A DNA stretch of 63,260 nt, counting the filler, from Salisapilia sapeloensis CBS 127946 (Eukaryota; Protista; Oomycota): the NCBI GenBank assembly GCA_023334545.1. It is 7 parts of 7 records of this genome, joined end to end, with 100 filler letters (N's around TTAATTAATTAA, not from the genome) between each part and the next. Parts side by side here need not be neighbours in the genome. Positions count along the whole stretch, not along the records: positions 1 to 11,532 come from JAADVB010000430.1; positions 11,633 to 26,059 come from JAADVB010000386.1; 5 more parts are not named here. The stretch is one strand, 5' to 3'. The notes under the pieces were generated by a model. That model ran no database searches, was not told where the DNA came from, and was given only the letters and a program-made list of their open reading frames with translations. The first letter of the stretch is position 1. Every line of letters begins with the position of its first letter. Made by a program: the position numbers and the translations under genes. Below, piece after piece: positions 10,618 to 24,900 of the stretch.

Positions 10618-11532
10618 GCTTCATGAGAGCTTGCTGAAAAACCCATCCGTTCTTTCAAGTATCGCCACTTGAAGTTTGTAAGAACACACCTCAAGGTAGA
10701 AAGCGAAAGGCCAGAGGATGGAATCTGGACAATCACGAGTAGATTGAGGAGCAAGCAAGTACGTCTACTACACTTTTAACGCCCACAGAGAAATATGTAA
10801 AAGCTATTTTGTGATATGTACTTGTTGACGACTCGAGATCAGTATCGCAATGTCCTCTTCGTCTCGAAGGAAGCTGTGTTGGGCCGCCAGATCTTCGTAT
10901 ATGGCAACGTTCATATTGCACATGCAATGCAGAGACACGCTTAAGGTTTCTATTTCATGTCTCTATTTCAGTTCAACAAGAAACTCGCCAGTAATGACCA
11001 CCGCAGCAATGTCTCCGTCCTCGCGGATACCCGTTATAGCTTCTCATCGAGTGCGAAAGCCAGGACGAGCTGGGATTCCTTCTTTAGCTCATATACGACA
11101 TCGAGCTATTTTGCGATTGCTTAATCACCGCCCTACATGCACATAACGCGCCAATCTCCAAGGCATCGTTCAAATACGTTTCTGTATGTACCTCAGTGTC
11201 GACAGCATATCTGTTCTGGAATACATTTTCATGTATGTTCTCAAGAGTAAAAATGAATGAGTTAGATCTTGGTAACGCTGAGTACCGGTCCCCGAACATT
11301 GGGAATTCGCATATTGTCATTCTATTCATGGCAATCGAATCGGAAAACTCTGCGTTCGTTGAGAATTGCAGGTTTTACTTTGCCACTTGTCGTTGGAAAC
11401 CAAACATAACACTATAATATAACTTTCCCGCCCAACGAGGAGTACAAAGGCAAGTGATTAGCGTTGCCAATGGACACGCCGCTTCATACTCTTGGTCTAA
11501 CTTGCCTCTCGAGCTCCGTCCTCTGTTATAAG

Positions 11533-11632
11533 NNNNNNNNNNNNNNNNNNNNNNNNNNNNNNNNNNNNNNNNNNNNTTAATTAATTAANNNNNNNNNNNN
11601 NNNNNNNNNNNNNNNNNNNNNNNNNNNNNNNN
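11533..11632. other. assembly gap with TTAATTAATTAA linker
   Basis: 100-nt N run with a six-frame-stop spacer. Confidence 0.98.
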
Positions 11633-14600
11633 AGACAAAAGTACAGCATAGATCCCTTCTATTCCTATCGTCTATGTACTTGATCGTATTACGCATATGG
11701 TACCATCTCATACTCCAAGAGTATTGAGAAAACTGCGAAGAAAGATCAAATGCAGAATCCTTGCAAGAAGACTTGAAACATCTTCAGAGCACTTACATAG
11801 CAACGAATATTAGTTTGTGAATGCACGAATTCGTCTACAAGCCAAGAGACCAAATGACAAAACAATTACGGAAGCAGGGCCACGAAGCAGTATCATTTAT
11901 CAATGTTGATGCTTGCTTGTCAAGAGTGTGGACTTCCTGCATGAGCGTCTTGGTCACTATGGCTTACCTTATGTGAAAGGTGCGTGCCATATTACCAGAG
12001 TAGCAGCTAGGCTTAAAAGTTTAATGTGCTCAGATCCCAATAGAGCTTTCGACTGTTGTGTGATCCGTGTAAGCAACTATTTCATGATAGCCAGGGCTAT
12101 TGCTTCAATGGAAAGCGACTTACGCTTTCATCTCGAGCGCATAAATCGCCTACCCTTGTGCACGTCGTTAGCATATAGAACATTGAGCTGTATATGTCGA
12201 TAGAGAGCGTGCCACATTGCCACTTGGTACGATACCCTGGATGTTTCCTAACCGTTCGAAGCTTCACGGTGCTTTCGATGCACGTACAATAAATTTATAC
12301 TTGGACCACACTACTCTAAGTGCTCTGGATGCGCGGATGTTTGGCTTGTAGTGAACATATGCTGCTGCCAAATCGGTCAACTGGGGTGATTCTAGCTTTC
12401 TACTCTGGCTATCACACCTACGTGACTGCTAATACCGATATGCACATATAATTTTGTTCGTAAAAGTATGAACCCAACATGGAAGATCTATATATGATAC
12501 CCACAGTCGACTTTTGGTTTCTCTGGGTATTTAGAGTAGCTCCAGATTTCTTTTGACAAAGGACTACGGTCGTAACTTCCTTTGCTTTTTCTTCAGTAGA
12601 TATTTTGACTCCAGTGCACGTCAAATAATATGCCTTCAGCAATTTATGGATGGCCAAAATGACTTTTTACAAGACTTTAACCAGTTTACGCTTTAGCTCG
12701 TATATCACTTTTGAGGTGTACTTGTTTAAGCTACTCTTATCTCCATCCGCAGCAGTTTACATATTTTTAGCATAAGTGATTGTATACTTGTTTGCTTAAT
12801 CTTCGTACGATTTCATGCCAAGCTTGCTTGTGGGTCATTCGGGATCTTAGATCTTAACGATTATAACCACATAAAAGTCCATAAGACCGACTCCGCGCAC
12901 ATTCTACGATCACATCACCTGGTCAATGATGGCATTTGTATACATCGCTCGAGGTATGCTAGTAGAGTATGGATATGAACCCTCACGTTCATGATGATGA
13001 AAGATTCGAAACTTTCTGCCCATAGTCAGGCTATATGGTCGATTATATTTTCAGATGACCGATATGTCCAATCAATCAAAGAGGAGAGCACCCTCTATTA
13101 TCGCGCTGTGGGTTGATCTCAAGCTCCTTTTCTATTACTGCTTCTCTCGCTTCCAAACTCTATCACCATCGACCACTGCTCTTTTCGACCACAATGAAGC
13201 TCACAAGTCGAAAAGCCATCTACAAATGTTTTCTACCACGAAATTTAGTACGCGCAATAATCATCCGCATCAAGGCGTTAGTGATGAGAAGCTTTCGGAT
13301 ATGAACTTTTTACTTGAGGTGGAAGTAGTGTACGTGAATTGATGAAATTTCTGCAAGACAGACCACTCACGCTCGTACACTATATCGATCTGGTTGAAAA
13401 CAAGTTTACAAAGGTCAACAAATCCTAATTCCAACAAATGGAAACCCTGTAAAGAAACTTCAATGACGCTCCCTTTGGATAAAGGTCGACTACTTTTTGT
13501 ACGAAGCTACATAAGTAAAAACTTCCTCTCAAGAAAAGATCTGGAAACTTATAAAACCTAGAGGAGGCGTAGGTCGAATACAGCAGTATTATAGCTATCA
13601 GTACGAGTACTTAAAATATAGGTACATAGGTACATGCGAAAAGCAATAGTTATGAGTCTAGATGGAGATTTCCTTCCCAAGCTTCGCCATATATAAATGC
13701 TCATATCGACATAGTAGGCTTAACGCTAAGAAAACAATCGTCTACACAGTACAAAATAGCGTGAACATCGGAGGCGTATAGGAAACGTTGACTGGCGTGT
13801 GGAAAGAGCTCAATTATCTGTAAGTCTTCCACTACACTTGTCGTATGACGTAGATATAATTTTATCGATTTATTCAGAAGTGCGCATAACAACAGTATCT
13901 CCAGCCTTAATGCGATGATGCATAAGCTGGCTGAGCTGTATGATTTAGCCATTCCGTGGTCTTGTTAACGTACCTTCGATGCCATACATGCGATAGCGGC
14001 CTATCCGATAATAAGCTTACAGAAATTGACTGTGTCTACCCAGATCCGCGATACTTGTATGTGAAAGGTGGTAACATACGTATCTACGATGTAGTGAACG
14101 CTGTCTTTTAGAGAAACCTGGCGGATAACATGCTGACGGAGGATACCCTGCGAGGAAACAACTGTACGAATCTCGACCAAGTATAAGTATCTTATTTACT
14201 ATCGTTTGAAGCATCCGACTGATCGATTTAGTCAGGCGTATAAGTGGGAATAGCATCAACTATCTTTTTATTCCGCACACCGATGTCATCGGCTCTATAC
14301 GCGATTTGCAATCGGCAACGTGCTATAATACAAGCTCTAATATTTATAGACTGCATGTATAACAGGACAGCGGAAGAATGCGAACTAGAAGAATGGAGTG
14401 GCCCAACCTGAAACATGTGTACGTATATTTCTGACACAACGATCATCTTATCTTTAACGGCCCTAGTTATATGCAGAGATATGGAAAAAGATCTGCTTCA
14501 ACAGGTCTATAAGTCCATTCTGAAGGTCGAGAACATGTATGTCAGCACGCTTCATGGAACGAGCGAACCTTGTATGTTACAGAGCTAACAGTCGTTTGTA

Positions 14601-15867
14601 TGGCATAAGGAATTTGAACACAACAATCTGGACGCTCATGGCTTTCTTCCGAGCCTTTTTGCGGATAATTTTCGAGCCCCAGATCTGGTTATATGTACAA
14701 AGCAATGGCTCTAAAGCTTGATAAATTGCAAGTGATTTTAATCACGATATAACGCGTTAGACTGTCTAAAGTTTACATTTATTTATTTGTAGAGGTTTGG
14801 ATGGCAATTCTCTGATGAACGCAACGGAGCTTTCAGACTCTAGTACTTCGTAAGTCCTCATAAACGCATTGTCTCATATAGAGTTAACGGTCTTTTGTAT
14901 AACATGTAGGGGTTAAACCGACAATATCTCGGACGTTGGTCGTTTAGACCTGAGAGAACATTACGAATGGCAAAAAGGCTACCATTTTAGTGACGAAAAA
15001 GAATTGAAGAGACCAATTGCGTCAAAGACTTTGCATAATCTCACTTCAGCACGACCTCTTTTCCTTTTACGCTTTCCATCATAAAGTTTTGTTTTACCAA
15101 AGTAGCAAACAAAAACGAAGACACTTGCGTCTGACATATCGACTAAAATAAATCGCATTGTGACTTGTGTTTTAAAGCCCGTCCACAAATGCGCCAGCTA
15201 GTTCTGATGTGAGGATCCGTATATAATGGCTAATTTAATTGTAAAATAATTCACACAAACAGAATCAAGTCTTAGGCTGTCATTAGCTTTATACATATTC
15301 GCCTTCTTATATATACTTTACCCTTATACCAGGTTGTTCGTCTTTTTTTCGAAAGTGACCTGCCTTGACAATGAATAACTTTGGATAGCAACGGACCGTG
15401 CTGGTTATCACTAGATACATTCCATCTTGTTGAGCCATGCATCCCCTACCATGCTTCTTCTGCATTTTTACTGAAGCATAAAGGGTCGGTGATATCGAAA
15501 ATCCCATGTTGCTACTGATGCCAGTAACAGCGATTAATGTAGCTTTTTACTCTGTCTTTGTGAGAGGTTTTTAGAAAGATCGACAGTTGATAATTGCCCG
15601 CTCAATTCTGCTCTAGCAATAGATGAACTTGCTGTGTGGTAACGCAGTGTATCCGCTAGTCGAAGGTGTGGCCTGAAGAGTTTGCATGTTTATGTCATAT
15701 CAAAGTTCGTACAAATAGCCTAAAATAGGCGCTCTGCATGTCATAGTGACAGTATTCTCGCATTGCATCCTCCTTCGTGTACAAGGATCTATCTTATGCT
15801 TCCTTTGCTCTCTTAACTCGCTCTTTAGAAAGTAAATCATGTCTTCGCATCACCCCGGCCAGATCTA

Positions 15868-15931
15868 TTGTGCTTAGATTTAGGTATAGTCGGTGTTATT
15901 TTCAGTCCAAGCCGAGAGTGTTTCGTACACA
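15868..15931 (+). repeat. remnant 3' end of the 5' LTR
   Basis: 64-bp match, about 90% by eye, to 21417-21480, ending gtgtttcgtacaca. No similarity further upstream. Confidence 0.8.
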
Positions 15932-18900
15932 AAATGTCTGGTAAAAATCGCTCAAGCATCAGCGACCTCCCTGGATGGGATAAAAAGAATACACTACATC
16001 GATGATCAACAAACTATGGTCAATGAAGGTCACTTTTATGGACTATGCCATGACACGAAATGTCTCGGACGTTCTAAGCGGTGAGGAAACTATTCGATTT
16101 ACCATTGAAGAAGAAGAAGAAGGAAAAAAGAGACTTTAAAAACGATCCAATGAAGCGAGGTGCGCGCTCAAATCATGTATTGATAAGCAACTCCAAGGAC
16201 GGCTTCAGCAAATGACAGACCCAAAAATGACTTTCGATTTGATCGAGAAGACGTTTGCGAAACAGAAAAGTGAGAAAGTAGCTGGCCTACAACGAAAGCT
16301 ACAATCCATGGAGTTCAAGCCAAAAGAGAAATCAGTGAGGAGGTATATTTCGGAATTTGAAGAAGTAATTATGGTTTTGAAGAATGCTGGAGCAGTACTG
16401 GATGCAACGCAGGAATATAATACTTTTATCAACTCATTGAGAAATGATGGAGTTGAAGTGCTATTGACAGCGATGGTGCAGATGAGGGATTAACCGTAGG
16501 ATGACTTGGCTGAATTTGCTGCTGACTGGGCTGAACTGCAATTGACAAAAGTAAAAGAAAGTGAGGACGACGAAAAGCCTAAAGAGAAGAAAGAAGAGTT
16601 GCTATATTCGCATCATTATGACAACTCTAAGAAGAAACGGTTCAACTCACAAAAGAGACCAGGTTATCACGCAAAGAAAAAGAAAAAGGATATGGTCTGC
16701 TATTACTGCAATGAGCCAGGATATATGAAGCATAATTGTAGGCTACTAAAAGAAGATGGAGTACGAGGTAGTCGTCAGAGAAAGGCTGACAAGAAGTCAC
16801 ATCTCAAAAGCGAAGCAACTGAAACTGTTAATCTTTCCGAAACGTTCAACGTATCAACTCGTGTAACTAGGCTCGATGACATCAGTGACGAATGGACCCA
16901 TGTTAGTGAAGCTAGTGCAGCTATGGTGGCAGAAGAGACTGCATCAACGTCGCGAGAAATAACGAGTGGAAATAAGGAGTCTTGGATGTGGGTTTTGGAT
17001 AGTGGAGCTACCAGTCATATGTCCCGTGATCCAACGCTTTTTAACAAATTGATCCAAGCGGTTTTACTGTCCGTGTCGGTAATAAACAAAACGTAAAAGT
17101 TGAGGGAGAAGGCAGCGTCTGCTTTCTGATCAAAGTTACGGTGGGATTGTTGATCAAGCTGAGATTAGGAAAGGTTCTGCTTGTTCCGACATTAGCCAGA
17201 AATTTGCTTAGCGTGTACGAATTGGAAAACGTGGCGTTCAAATATTCTTCGGTAGTGAAAAAGGAGTGGCAGACATTCGGTACAATGGACGAACGGTGAA
17301 GTCGTCAAGGAGTGAGGTTGAAAAGCTGTACCTGACCCATACTATACCATTGTCAATGAAAAAGGTACACGAAGCGAACTTGACCGTCTCTGAAGACAAT
17401 CTACTGACTTAACATAATCAACTTGGACACCCTGGTGAAAAAGTCATGAGAAGGCTTTTGCAATTGGAATTTGTCAAAGGACTCAAAGCCCCGAAGGGTG
17501 CTCGCATGCCGAGCATAACGTGTGGAATATGTGCGTGCGCAAATGCGAAACGAGCCTCATTCAGTCGTAGGCCTAGACAGGACGCATCAGTCCCAAATGG
17601 GATGCTGCTCACGGATGTTAAAGGTCCAGTTGAAGTCCCTACATTTCAAGGATACAAGTACATGCTATTGGTGGTGGACGATGCCACTGGGTTTTTGATG
17701 ATAAGTCTTATAAAGAAGAAGAATGATTCATTACAGTGCTTCGAAAGGATGGTACTGAAAGCCACTACCAAAAATAATCCATCAGCTACGGCATTGAATC
17801 CAGATAATAGAGGTGAATTTACCTCAACGGACTTCAATGCATACTGCGAGTCGGAGGACATTCAACGTCTGTTCACTGTACCACAAACTCCAGAACAAAA
17901 TGGAGGAGCTGAGACTCGCTTTGAGATCTTGTTAAAAAGGTGCGATCCATGTTGAATGAAGCAAGTCTGCCGAAACAGTTCTGGGGAATGGCATTGAATA
18001 TAGCAGCGGTCCTTGCGAACTGTATGCTATTGACTCGTAGTGGTAAAACACCTCACAAACTTTGGCATGGTGCAACACCTGTGTATGAAGACTTCAGAAC
18101 TTTTGGTTGAATAGCATATACGTTTGTACAAGACTAACATGCAAAGGAGACTACTACAGTGCACTACCAGAGAAGTCATCGAGACATGTCATGCTAATTT
18201 TGATGAGATAGGACCGTATGCAGCGGTTGAAGCGAAACATTATGAGTTGACTCAATTACAGAAGATTTATGACCTAGACTTTGTGTATACTGCTGCAAGA
18301 ACAAACAAGCTACCAGACTTGCTGTTTTAACTACCTGCACCGAACACTATCAGAATGACGCCTCACCGTGTGGACGCTTTGAGTAACCTGGAGGAAGAAA
18401 AAGCTACAGAGCGTGCTGAAAAAGCTCAATTGCTCTCTCTGGAACTGAAGCGTCTTCAAAACTCCAATGGAAATGGACTGCAAAATGAATTGAGAGAATC
18501 ATTCGTCGACGGACAGAATACTAATGAGCCCTCCGCTCCTGCAAACTCTAACCACAATCATCAACAGAGAGCGAATGATGGTGGAGAAATGGCTGTTCCT
18601 CAACATGGGTCTAACGATGAAGATTTGGATGTGTCTACGAATACAAATGAGTCTGTTGATCAACTCACAACAGATAAATTGGAAAGTCAGGTTGGATTAA
18701 ATCGTCAGTTGTCCAAAGATACTGAAATTAGCAAGCCACGTCAACCTCGAGGTCGACCTAAGAAATGAGCTCCATCGGAGATGCAACAAGTTTCTTAAGA
18801 TTCTGACAGAAAGCATGTTAGAGCGAAGTACTTAACATTTCGGGAAGATGTCCACGTACAAGAGGACAAATCGCACTGCGCGAAAGTGACGGGAATGACG

Positions 18901-21140
18901 TAAGTGCAGAAGGATTGCTTGTTGGTGAGGCATGCATTAGACATGAAATTAAAGAGGATGTACTTGCAAATGTCAGTGACATCGCCATAAGTACCAGAAT
19001 GACTGAGCATGAAGAGCAAATCGACGAAGAAATCTATAAACGAAAACGCAAGATGGAGGGAGTTTTCACTACTGAAACGCCTTTTATTGAGCCGCAAATG
19101 TATGAAGAAAATATAAATGCGGATGATGGTATCAAGTTGCTGGAAGCCATTGCTCGTGAAGGTGAATCACTACGCAGTCATGGTACTTGTGAGTTGTTAT
19201 CAAGAAAACCTGACCAAAAGATCTTCACATCTAGGTGGGTATTTAGGCGCAAGTATGATGGAAATGGTCAAGTCGAGCGCTACAAAGCGAGACGTGTTAT
19301 CCGAGGATTTCAACAAGAGAAAGGAATTGATTACTCGGCTATATTTGCTCCATTTGTCATATTGGAGCCTTTACGAGTGATCCTTGCCTTAGCCGCCTAG
19401 CGAGACTACGAATGTGCGCAAGTCGACGTTGAGACAGCTTTCTTGTATGGAGATCTTACAGAAGAAACCTACATGAGCCAACCGAGTGAACTGGAAGTTT
19501 AAGGAGATGAATCAAAGGTCTGTCATTTGCGGAAGTCATTATATAGACTTCGTCAAGCCCCTAGAACCTAATATGAGAAGCTAACTCATCATCTGAAATG
19601 GAATGACTTTGTACCACTACAAAGTGAGCTATGCATTTTCACAAGGAGAAGTGGAAGCCTTAAATTGATTTCCATTTACGTCGATGATCCCTTGCTGGTG
19701 GCAAGAACAATGGATGAAGTGTGCAAAATGAAAAGAATGCTCAGTCAGGCATTTATATGTAAAGACCTTGGAGATCTACAGTTCATACAAGTTTTGCAGG
19801 TCGAGAGGGGTAGAACTCGACGCCTACTTTATGTCTCACAGCGCACGTACGCGAATGCAGTTTTGCAAAGATTTGGAATGGAACAATGCAAGTCGATTCC
19901 GATGCCTTCAGATTCTAATAAAACATTAAATGCGTCAATTTGTGTAAAGACAATGGAGGAGAAGGAAGCTATGAGTAAGATTCCATACAGAAGCGCACTT
20001 GGTGCATTTATATATATCTTGATGGGTACTGGACCCGATCTAGCGTTCTCGATCCAAAATGTCTCAAAGTTTCTCCGTAGCCCCGATCCAGAACATTAGA
20101 CGGCAGTAAAAAGGATATTCAGATATCTATCTGGAATGGGAAACTACGGTACAACGTATGATGGAAAGGTCAAGAAGGAAAAGCAGCTTAATGCGTTTGC
20201 AGACTCCAACTATGCTTGAGAAACTGACTCGAGACGAAACATCAGTGGCTATCTGGTCAAGTTAGCAGGAGCTACAGTGACTTCCAGCAGCATAAAGCAA
20301 AAGAGTGTGGCATTATCAACCACCGAAAGTGAATACATTGCACTTTGTCATACAACTAAAGAGCTAGTCTTCTTGCGGAGACTCACCAGTGAATTGGGTC
20401 TTGAACAAGCACAAACCACTCTGCGCATTGACAACCAAGCTGCTATTAGGGTAGCCGAAGACCCTGTTCTACATAGTAGAATGAAGCATATAGATGGGCG
20501 CTATCAGTTTCTACGAAAGCGTATTAAGCGTAAAGAGATACGCATAAAATACACACCCTCTGAGGTAAATGCTGCAGACATTCTTACAAAGCCAGTCAGA
20601 TCAGAGAGGTTTGAGGAGCTGTTGCCGATGTTCAGTGTTGGCTCAAAGCCATAATAAATAAATCGGAGGCGACGCCAGTGGAGACACGTAAGTCCCGGGG
20701 CCATTCGCATGTGGAGGCGATTGCAGATACCCTCATTACAAAGGATGACGTGAATGTGAAAGGCTGGCTGGAATATGCCAGACATGTATATCCCTCATGT
20801 ACATGTATGTTCTTGTTGAACTTTGATACCGAGGAGAGGGCTACTACCTCGTAAAAGATAGAAAGTGCCAATCACATGATGACAAGTGTGATGGAGATGA
20901 AGGAAAACATCTACCTAAAAAAATAAACCGGTATGATTTGTCACCACCCTGAGACACCTTGTGTCTGTGAGAAACGGTCTATGCAAGATGAGTTGTCCCT
21001 GCATGCAAACAACGGAACTCTCACACTGCTTGTGGAAGTGCTCAGCAGGATTACTGTGACTGAAGAACAGTCTGTGCAGGATGAGTATCTGTCCTGGAAT
21101 TGACTGAAGAGCAAACGGAAAACAAGGGAAGCGGCGGATT

Positions 21141-21480
21141 TGTCGAATAACGCGTGATATTGACGATACAAGAACGTGATATTTCGAATGAGCATCTTAC
21201 ACGTAGACTACGACGGATGGTGGTGAATGTGGACGGATGTAATTGAGAACATCACGACGCAACAAAATGCATGTAAAAGGAGCGGTTATCGAGGCAACAC
21301 TGAAGCTGAAAAGTAGTGTTGAGGCTGAATAGCCGTGTATTGAAGTCGGGTGCATGATCGACGAATCCTTGCGGATAGTCACCGATTGCGGCGACCATAC
21401 TGGATCACAGGGATTTTTGTGCTGAGATTCAGGTATGGTCGGTGTTTTCTCAGTCCAAAGCCGAGAGTGTTTCGTACACA
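21141..21480 (+). repeat. 3' LTR (about 340 bp, TG...CA)
   Basis: Starts TGTCGAA right after a purine-rich tract (aagggaagcggcgg) and ends TACACA. The end is fixed by the 5' copy; the start is inferred from PPT+TG. Confidence 0.65.
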
Positions 21481-21964
21481 GAAGGCTATGATTTTTCTAC
21501 TGAGATGGATATCTAGAAATAGAAGGTTGAACTAGGTTACTATGTAGCAGCCGGTAGAGAGAAACCCAGATGCCCATATCGAAGTGGATACACGAAGGGA
21601 TCTCGCACGGAAGTACTCACTTCTTAATCTGCTACACGGTGAACACTTGGCCTCTGATCAAGGGATCAAGGATAAACAACAACTAAGGACTATCAAAGAA
21701 GACTGTTATCAACCAACTTTAATTTGCATCTCTTACTCTCTAATTGACCCACCTCTTGAGCACAAAAGCACCCTGCGCTACTTGATCAAATCAATGTTTA
21801 GTACAAGAGAAGGAAGTGAAGTCACACCTTTTTCCTGTTCTTAATTCTTATTATAGAATTATATTCAGCATATTACCCTCACTTTGATCTTACACCTCAT
21901 AAAAGAAGAGTTAAGAGGATTGTTTTTTCAAAGATTGCTTTATTAAAACTTAATCCTTGGAATC

Positions 21965-24900
21965 CTAAAGAGGGATCTCCTGCCTAATCGACAGTAATGA
22001 CGTTGTCATTTGTTCGCTACGTCGATTCCACTTGGAAACCACGAACGATTCTTGTCGTATTGCCCAGGTGATATCGCGGTAGCTAGCGGCCGCTAACATG
22101 TCTTGTCCGTACCATCGCGAGCTTCGTCCGGTCGCTTCCAATTGTGTAATCACTCGCTTCCAAATTATCCGTGTCGCTTGTTTTTCTGCCCAGTCATGTG
22201 AACGATAGACACGTTCATTTCTCTGGATCCAACTCTGCGCCGCTATGATTGTACATCCTGCTTTCCAAATGTGTGCTAATGCTTGGAAGTGTTACTGTGT
22301 CAGAAACCCAGCATATCGTCGTATTTTATCAAATAGCCCCTGCGGAGGGGGTGGGAGTTGACGCTACCATACGCACAGAAATACGTGGTGATCCTTCCCA
22401 AATTGGTCAGCGCTAAATCCTCAAATGTGACACTAATGGGCCCAGACCGGTGTTATGACCGGGCAGTTCCATAGGAGATGCACGTGGGATACGAGTTGGT
22501 TGTCACAGGCATCATATTGGCATGTTCGAGATGTGTCTTCGTGTCGATGATGCAGATTCAGAACGTCGTGAAAGAGTCTGAACCAAAAACACTGTTGATA
22601 TTGGGTGATTCCAACTGGCATTGTCCACATTTCTTTTGCGGTTTGCTCCCGAAGTTCCCGGAGGATCGGTATCCTACTACTTTTCGTCGCTTTCCTGGTG
22701 AGCATTGCTGTGTGCAATGCATCCTGTTTGCTATTGAGAAATGCATGTAATTCCAGTCGATATTGCTCTTTGCCTCTTCCTTTTCGTCTTTGTAAGGCAG
22801 GGAGTCCAAGCAGTGTTTATAATCCGGATTCCAATGTAGCTTCATACGACTGTGACTTTTCTTGAGTTTGAAGGAGCCATTTGCCTCTATCTGGATTCCA
22901 GTTCAGTTGAGCTACTTCCTTAGTCAATGAGTCATCTGTAGCGTATCCTTTGCGTATTGTAGGCTCAGGTCTTTTCCATATCAATCCATTTCAGCTTTCA
23001 GGGGGATCGTACCACAACTCCCGGGTGTTCCATTACATTCGTTCTTCTGTTTGTTCAAAGATTTCTTCTGGCATTTGGCTAAGAACGATAGCCGCCCATC
23101 TTCTCAACCGTCTCGCACTAATAGCCCTCGGAGGCCTGTAGTGAGGTATTTAAAGCTCGTAAACTTGAGTCTCTAGTTTTTGAATCTTCAACTCACCCAT
23201 CGAGCAGGGTTTAAGTTCCGGATAGTCATCTTGTTTAACGTACCTACCATTAGAGTGCCGTATCAGTGGGTTGTTGATCCATGGTAGCCGGTGCCAGTTC
23301 CGTATATAGGCCTTGCTGCCTTTCATTGGTGTATGATGTGTAATCCAATGGACTTCCATACTCTTATCATTGTTGTGTTTTACAACATAGCGTGGTATCG
23401 GTTCCAGCTTTCCACTCTTGCTTTTCGGCCATTCTACTTGATCTTCCAACATGCATTGTGCGAAATGCTCAACCAATTGGCGCTCCATCACATGAGCTGA
23501 AGTCCTAATAGTGGATCGGCTTATTCGACGAGGTGGAGGTTGCTGGGGCATGATTCGTAGTTCGTTATCTGCTGCCGGCGGTGGTACTCCGCATAGGTCT
23601 CTCCAGCAATTCTTAAAGACATCATCACTGGCTGCCAGCCATCTCATTGCATCACGCGCTGCTTGTGTCTGGATAGCAGTTTCAATCTTGCATAATCCCG
23701 CTCCTCCTTTCCACCTCGGGGCGACGAAGATCGCTTTCGGGATTTGATGTCGTCCTGACGAGGTTTCTGGTCGTAGGCTCCAGAGCAAATTTTTCTGGTT
23801 GTTCACGAGTTGATCCAGATACTTTGCTGATGGACGAATCCATTTCGCTGTGTACAATATGCTGGGTAGAAAGATGCGATTAAGTATGGCAATCCTTCCG
23901 GGAATACTGTTTGTTACCCTTCCAGCTTTTTATAGTCTTCGCTTTACTGCATCAACGCGTTTTTCCCAGCTTTCGTCCGTTGTATCAGTAAGTCCAATCT
24001 GTATCCCTAGATATCGCGTTGTTTGATTTTGCGCTAGTCTGGGGATACCATGGAATATCACGTCCTGGACTGCCATGCTTAAAGGTATGTATAAACTTTT
24101 TTGGCTGTACTTCGAGGCCTGCGAGTTCTGCAAACTTATCCAGATGATGAAGGACTTTAGGCAAATCTTGTCCTCGGTCGAGGGATATTACTGTATCATC
24201 AACAAAGGATGATATTTTCTGTTCCTCATTGCACATTGAGGAGATTTTCATCCCTGCAATGCTTGTGTCATTTGCTATCGCCTGACCGAAGATTTCCGCT
24301 ACTAGTAGAAAAGTAGGGGTGCTAAAGGGTATCCCTGCTTTATTCCAGAGGTAATTAGTATCTTGGCCGAGAGACAGTTGTTTAATTTGAAGGCTGCTGT
24401 CGTTCCTCGATGCATGGCATTGACAATTTGAATAAACTGACTTGATAAGCCCAGGCGTTCCATTGCTGCGGCTAGAAATGATCTATTCACTGAGTCATAT
24501 GCTTTCCGAAAGTCCAGCAAGGTTATACTTGGGCTTTCTTTGATGGACTGGGTGATATCTTTATACTTTCGTTAGAGGGCTCGTTGCATTAGCATTAGGG
24601 ATCGATTTCTTTGTTTCCTCTCACAAATCCTTATTGCCTTATATGGACTACTTTGTGCAAGACTGCCTGTAGTCTTTCCGCGTAGACTGCAGCATAGATC
24701 TTGTAGGCCCATTGTAGAAGTGAGATTGGTCAGTAATCTAAAGGATTTGGTGAATCGCCATTCTATTGGATTGGCAATATCATCGATTCCTGTAGTTGAT
24801 CTGGTAGTTTCTCCTCTAATGTCCATTGCTGAAAGTATTCTTGTAGCACTGGCGCGATCTGTTCAGCATAGTCTTTATAAAAGTCGTTACTGATACAGTC

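Larger units (their letters stand above)
15868..21480 (+). mobile_element. degenerate Ty1/Copia LTR retrotransposon
   Basis: Gag from ATG 15934 (frameshifted), knuckle CYYCNEPGYMKHNC, protease WVLDSGATSHM, pre-integrase HNQLGHP, integrase TDVKGP/DNRGEF/EQNGGAE, RT RWVFRRK...RYKAR...YVDD, RNase H ALSTTESEYIAL...AADILTK ending 20654. The PR-IN-RT-RH order is Copia. Many stops and frameshifts. Confidence 0.95.

Noticed and set aside
11577-11588. TTAATTAATTAA palindrome recurring six times
   Set aside because: Always centred in 100-nt N runs; an assembly linker with stops in all frames, not biology.
19381-20230. Repeated TGG/CAG-to-stop changes in Copia and LINE relics as RIP/APOBEC-like hypermutation
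   Set aside because: These are the commonest single-transition routes to stops in any neutrally decaying ORF; too few events and no consensus to test context bias.
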